A DNA stretch of 64,000 nt, taken from Stegostoma tigrinum (lineage: Eukaryota). The stretch spans positions 41,670,390 through 41,734,389 of the forward strand of contig NC_081371.1 in the NCBI RefSeq assembly GCF_030684315.1. Reading direction: 5' to 3'. The notes beneath the pieces were generated by a model, which searched no databases, was not told the DNA's origin, and worked only from the letters and a program-made list of their open reading frames with translations. Position numbers and translations under genes: made by a program. Positions 62,911 through 64,000 of this stretch are shown in pieces; position 1 is the first letter of the stretch; every line of letters starts with the position of its first letter.

Positions 62911-64000
62911 AGAAATGTTTCCACAAGATGGTTTCTTTCACTGATGTAAGACTCCAGCAAGTGAACTACTTCCCATATGCCTGAAGTGGGAGGAATTATC
63001 TTGTTCCTCAGCACATTTTATATTATCCTGTATAGGTCATAAAATGGTTGACAAGCTTGTGCTGATTTGATGAGTGCCTTTTTTTCTGCATTAATTTATT
63101 GCTACTAGTGGTAAGAAGGAAATAAAACATTTGCATGCAAACAAAATTAGGTGAGGTGATATCTAATTTATCAAATTTTTTTAATACCTGTACATAGGAA
63201 CTTATGAGATTTCAATTCCACTAGAATAAATGTCCTGCTTTTTAAATCCAAAGCAGGATTTAGCACCTATTGGTTCTCAGAGTGTGTGACAGCCTTAGGG
63301 TTGAATCAGTGAGCTTTATGAATCATATCATATAATAGATCTTTCGGAAGATAATTAGCCCGTGCAATATTCCAAAATGGTATTTCTAGTAACCATTTAA
63401 TGTGACAGCAATGTGGAAACTGAAAATAAAATCAAATAGCACAATAATTCTGGTTCCGCTGTTCCCTTCTAAACAGACAGAACACAAGTGTTTTTACAGA
63501 CATTAACTCACAATGAACAAGTGGAAGAAATGTCAGCCCAGAGAAATGATATCAAAGTGCCAGACCTCAATCAACCTCCTCCAGTATTCTCTTGCACCAC
63601 GAGACATTTGAATGCTACTCCCCACATCTTTCAATCATGCATTTCAAGGAAATTTTTAATTGGTACAAGGCAATTGATTAGATCACATTAGCTTTGAAAA
63701 GCACTATTTAATCTATTTATTTACGCTTGTAGAAAATTATTGTGTGCAAAGTGACTACAGGATGTCCACACAATGAACACCAATCAAACGTACTCAATTA
63801 GCTGTAAAGTTTTTAGGGAAAACCAGGGGTATTAGATGGTCATCCATCACTCCAAGTTGTTCTCTTTCTTCTTTAACAAGCAACTCTTAAATAGTTGACT
63901 ACATTTTAGGGAAATGTTTGCGGAGGAAGTGAAGAGCAGACTATTCTGCTATGGCATCAATGTGTATTCCCACCAGCATCTCAGCCCACCCCACCATTCC

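Noticed and set aside
1-64000. CRISPR arrays, operons or prokaryotic defence systems
   Set aside because: The sequence is eukaryotic repeat-rich DNA. No regularly spaced direct-repeat array or gene-dense region was seen.

Overview
Repeat-rich, AT-rich vertebrate genomic DNA, most likely a shark (inferred from HE1-type tRNA-derived SINEs, HER1-type CR1 LINEs and SacSINE1/Deu-type SINEs). I found no supportable host protein-coding exon; the long ORFs are transposon remnants or their antisense shadows. Contents: several CR1 LINE copies, Rex1/Babar, L2 and other APE-LINE fragments, tRNA-derived SINEs, two solo LTRs of one family, an old internally deleted Gypsy provirus (~56.9-61.8 kb) with nested insertions, two decayed PIF/Harbinger remnants, a 132-N gap, and at least three families of Penelope-like elements (PLEs). 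The most notable signal is seven short (90-230 bp) PLE terminal-repeat-only insertions. Their 5' ends lie at or just upstream of a minimal hammerhead-ribozyme-like core, and four are fold-back palindromes (three with 13-15 bp target-site duplications, TSDs). Longer PLE copies show twin-priming-like inversions. A perfect two-segment inverted templated insertion lies at 42284-42446. All family assignments come from motif recognition by eye, not database searches, and boundaries of old repeats are approximate.
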